Origin: Pristiophorus japonicus
Lineage: Eukaryota
DNA length: 64,000 bases
Assembly (NCBI RefSeq): GCF_044704955.1
Contig: NC_091977.1
Span: 418,810,001 to 418,874,000 of the forward strand
Direction: 5' to 3'
The notes under the pieces are model-generated. The model made no database searches. It saw only the letters and a program-made list of their open reading frames with translations, and was not told the origin of the DNA. Shown here one piece after another: positions 62,917-64,000 of this stretch (position 1 is its first letter; every line of letters begins with the position of its first letter). Both the position numbers and the translations under genes were made by a program.

Positions 62917-64000
62917 TCACCAGGGTTATCATGGAATGATAAAAGGGGGGAATGAGAATGTGAAAAAGGATTGCGAAAGTGGTAGATGGCTAGAGAAGGT
63001 AGCAAAAGGATGGAGATAGGGAATCATGGGTAAATGGCTGACCAAAGATGTCAAGCTGTGATAACTACAATGTCAGCACAAAAAGGGGTTACTCAGAGTT
63101 GTGGTTAAACACGAGTTACGTGAAAAAGCAAAAGTTAGACATGAGTCAGACGAGGGGCTGCTATATCCAGCCATGAAATAGGGAAATGCTATGAAAATCG
63201 AAACAATAAACACATCCCTGGAGCCTGCCCTATTTGGAGAGTTGTTAGCCTGCAATTGGGTATGCTATGGGGGAAATCGACCAATGATTGTATAAACTGA
63301 GTGTCACTCAAATGTGTTCTGCTGTAACAATGTATAAGTGTTGAGCTTTTGTACTGTTACGAGACTTGTCAGGAGAAAGGTGGACAGGCTCGAATCGAGA
63401 GTATTCCCTTTATCTTAACAGGTCCCGGCCGGAGAATCTCTAATAAAGGTCTTATGTTGCTAAGACTAAAAGTGTTCGTGTGTCAATGAATTCGCTGAAA
63501 CAGATTGAAGGGAAAAGAATCCAGTATCTACACCTTGGTGAAGATGTTGACGATGGGTTGGAGTTCAGCCTCTGAGTATGCGCAGACACAAGCTTCATCC
63601 AATTACTGTAGTTCGATGACAAAGGATGGGACGACCTTGGATCTAGCCTGGAGTTGATGAAGGTTGAACAGGTTCCCATTGGTTCTATAGTTTAGTTCCA
63701 CTCCAGCGGGGAGCTTGTTGAGAGTGAGATGGAGTATTGCAGTGAGGAAGATCGAGAAGGCGTGATGACGTAGCCCTGCTTGACCCCAGTCCGGATGTGG
63801 ATTGGGTCTGTGGTGGATCCGTTGGTCAGAATCACAGCTTGCATATCATCGTGGAACAGGAGGAGGATGATGACAAACTTTTGGGGACAGCCGAAACGGA
63901 GGAGCACGCTCCATGGTCCGTCACAGTTGACAGTTTCAAAAGCCTTTGTGAGGTCAAAGAAGGCCATGTACAAGGGTTGGTGCTGTACCATGCATTTCTC

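Larger units (their letters stand above)
56661..63532 (+). mobile_element. Endogenous retrovirus, class I (gamma/epsilon-like), internally deleted
   Basis: 580-bp LTRs at 56661-57240 and 62953-63532 (9 differences by eye, all transitions). 4-bp TSD CCTT. PBS tRNA-Leu at 57243-57260 and PPT AAAAGGGGGG at 62941-62950. Remnants in gag-pol-env order. Confidence 0.96.
55748..64000 (-). mobile_element. RTE LINE split by the ERV (55748-56660 and 63533-64000, continuing beyond the window)
   Basis: (CAT)n tail at 55748. Joining the two ERV flanks restores continuous RTE sequence colinear with the + copy. FDLTKAF and GVKQG motifs at 63.7-64 kb. Confidence 0.9.

Overview
Eukaryotic (vertebrate) genomic DNA. 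The repeat families and the receptor sequence suggest a cartilaginous fish, which is an inference. The only host gene is an opioid receptor of the kappa/nociceptin subgroup on the + strand. Its coding exons 2 (16662-17014) and 3 (20777-21303) are here, and coding exon 1 was not found in the window. Its stop codon sits in a TGA-CTAG readthrough context followed by an intact 28-codon extension ending in a PDZ-type motif. Most of the rest is layered transposable elements: two PIF/Harbinger transposons (transposase plus intron-containing Myb/SANT gene), three Gypsy retrotransposons plus a solo LTR, several CR1 LINEs, L2, RTE and Penelope pieces, SINEs and MITEs. There is also an old tRNA-Leu-primed LTR element that seems to keep only a decayed env-like gene. 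A young gamma/epsilon-like endogenous retrovirus (56661-63532) has intact cis signals, but its protease, RT palm, integrase core and Env TM ectodomain are each deleted. A four-level nest of insertions spans 36.5-54.5 kb. All alignments and counts were done by eye.
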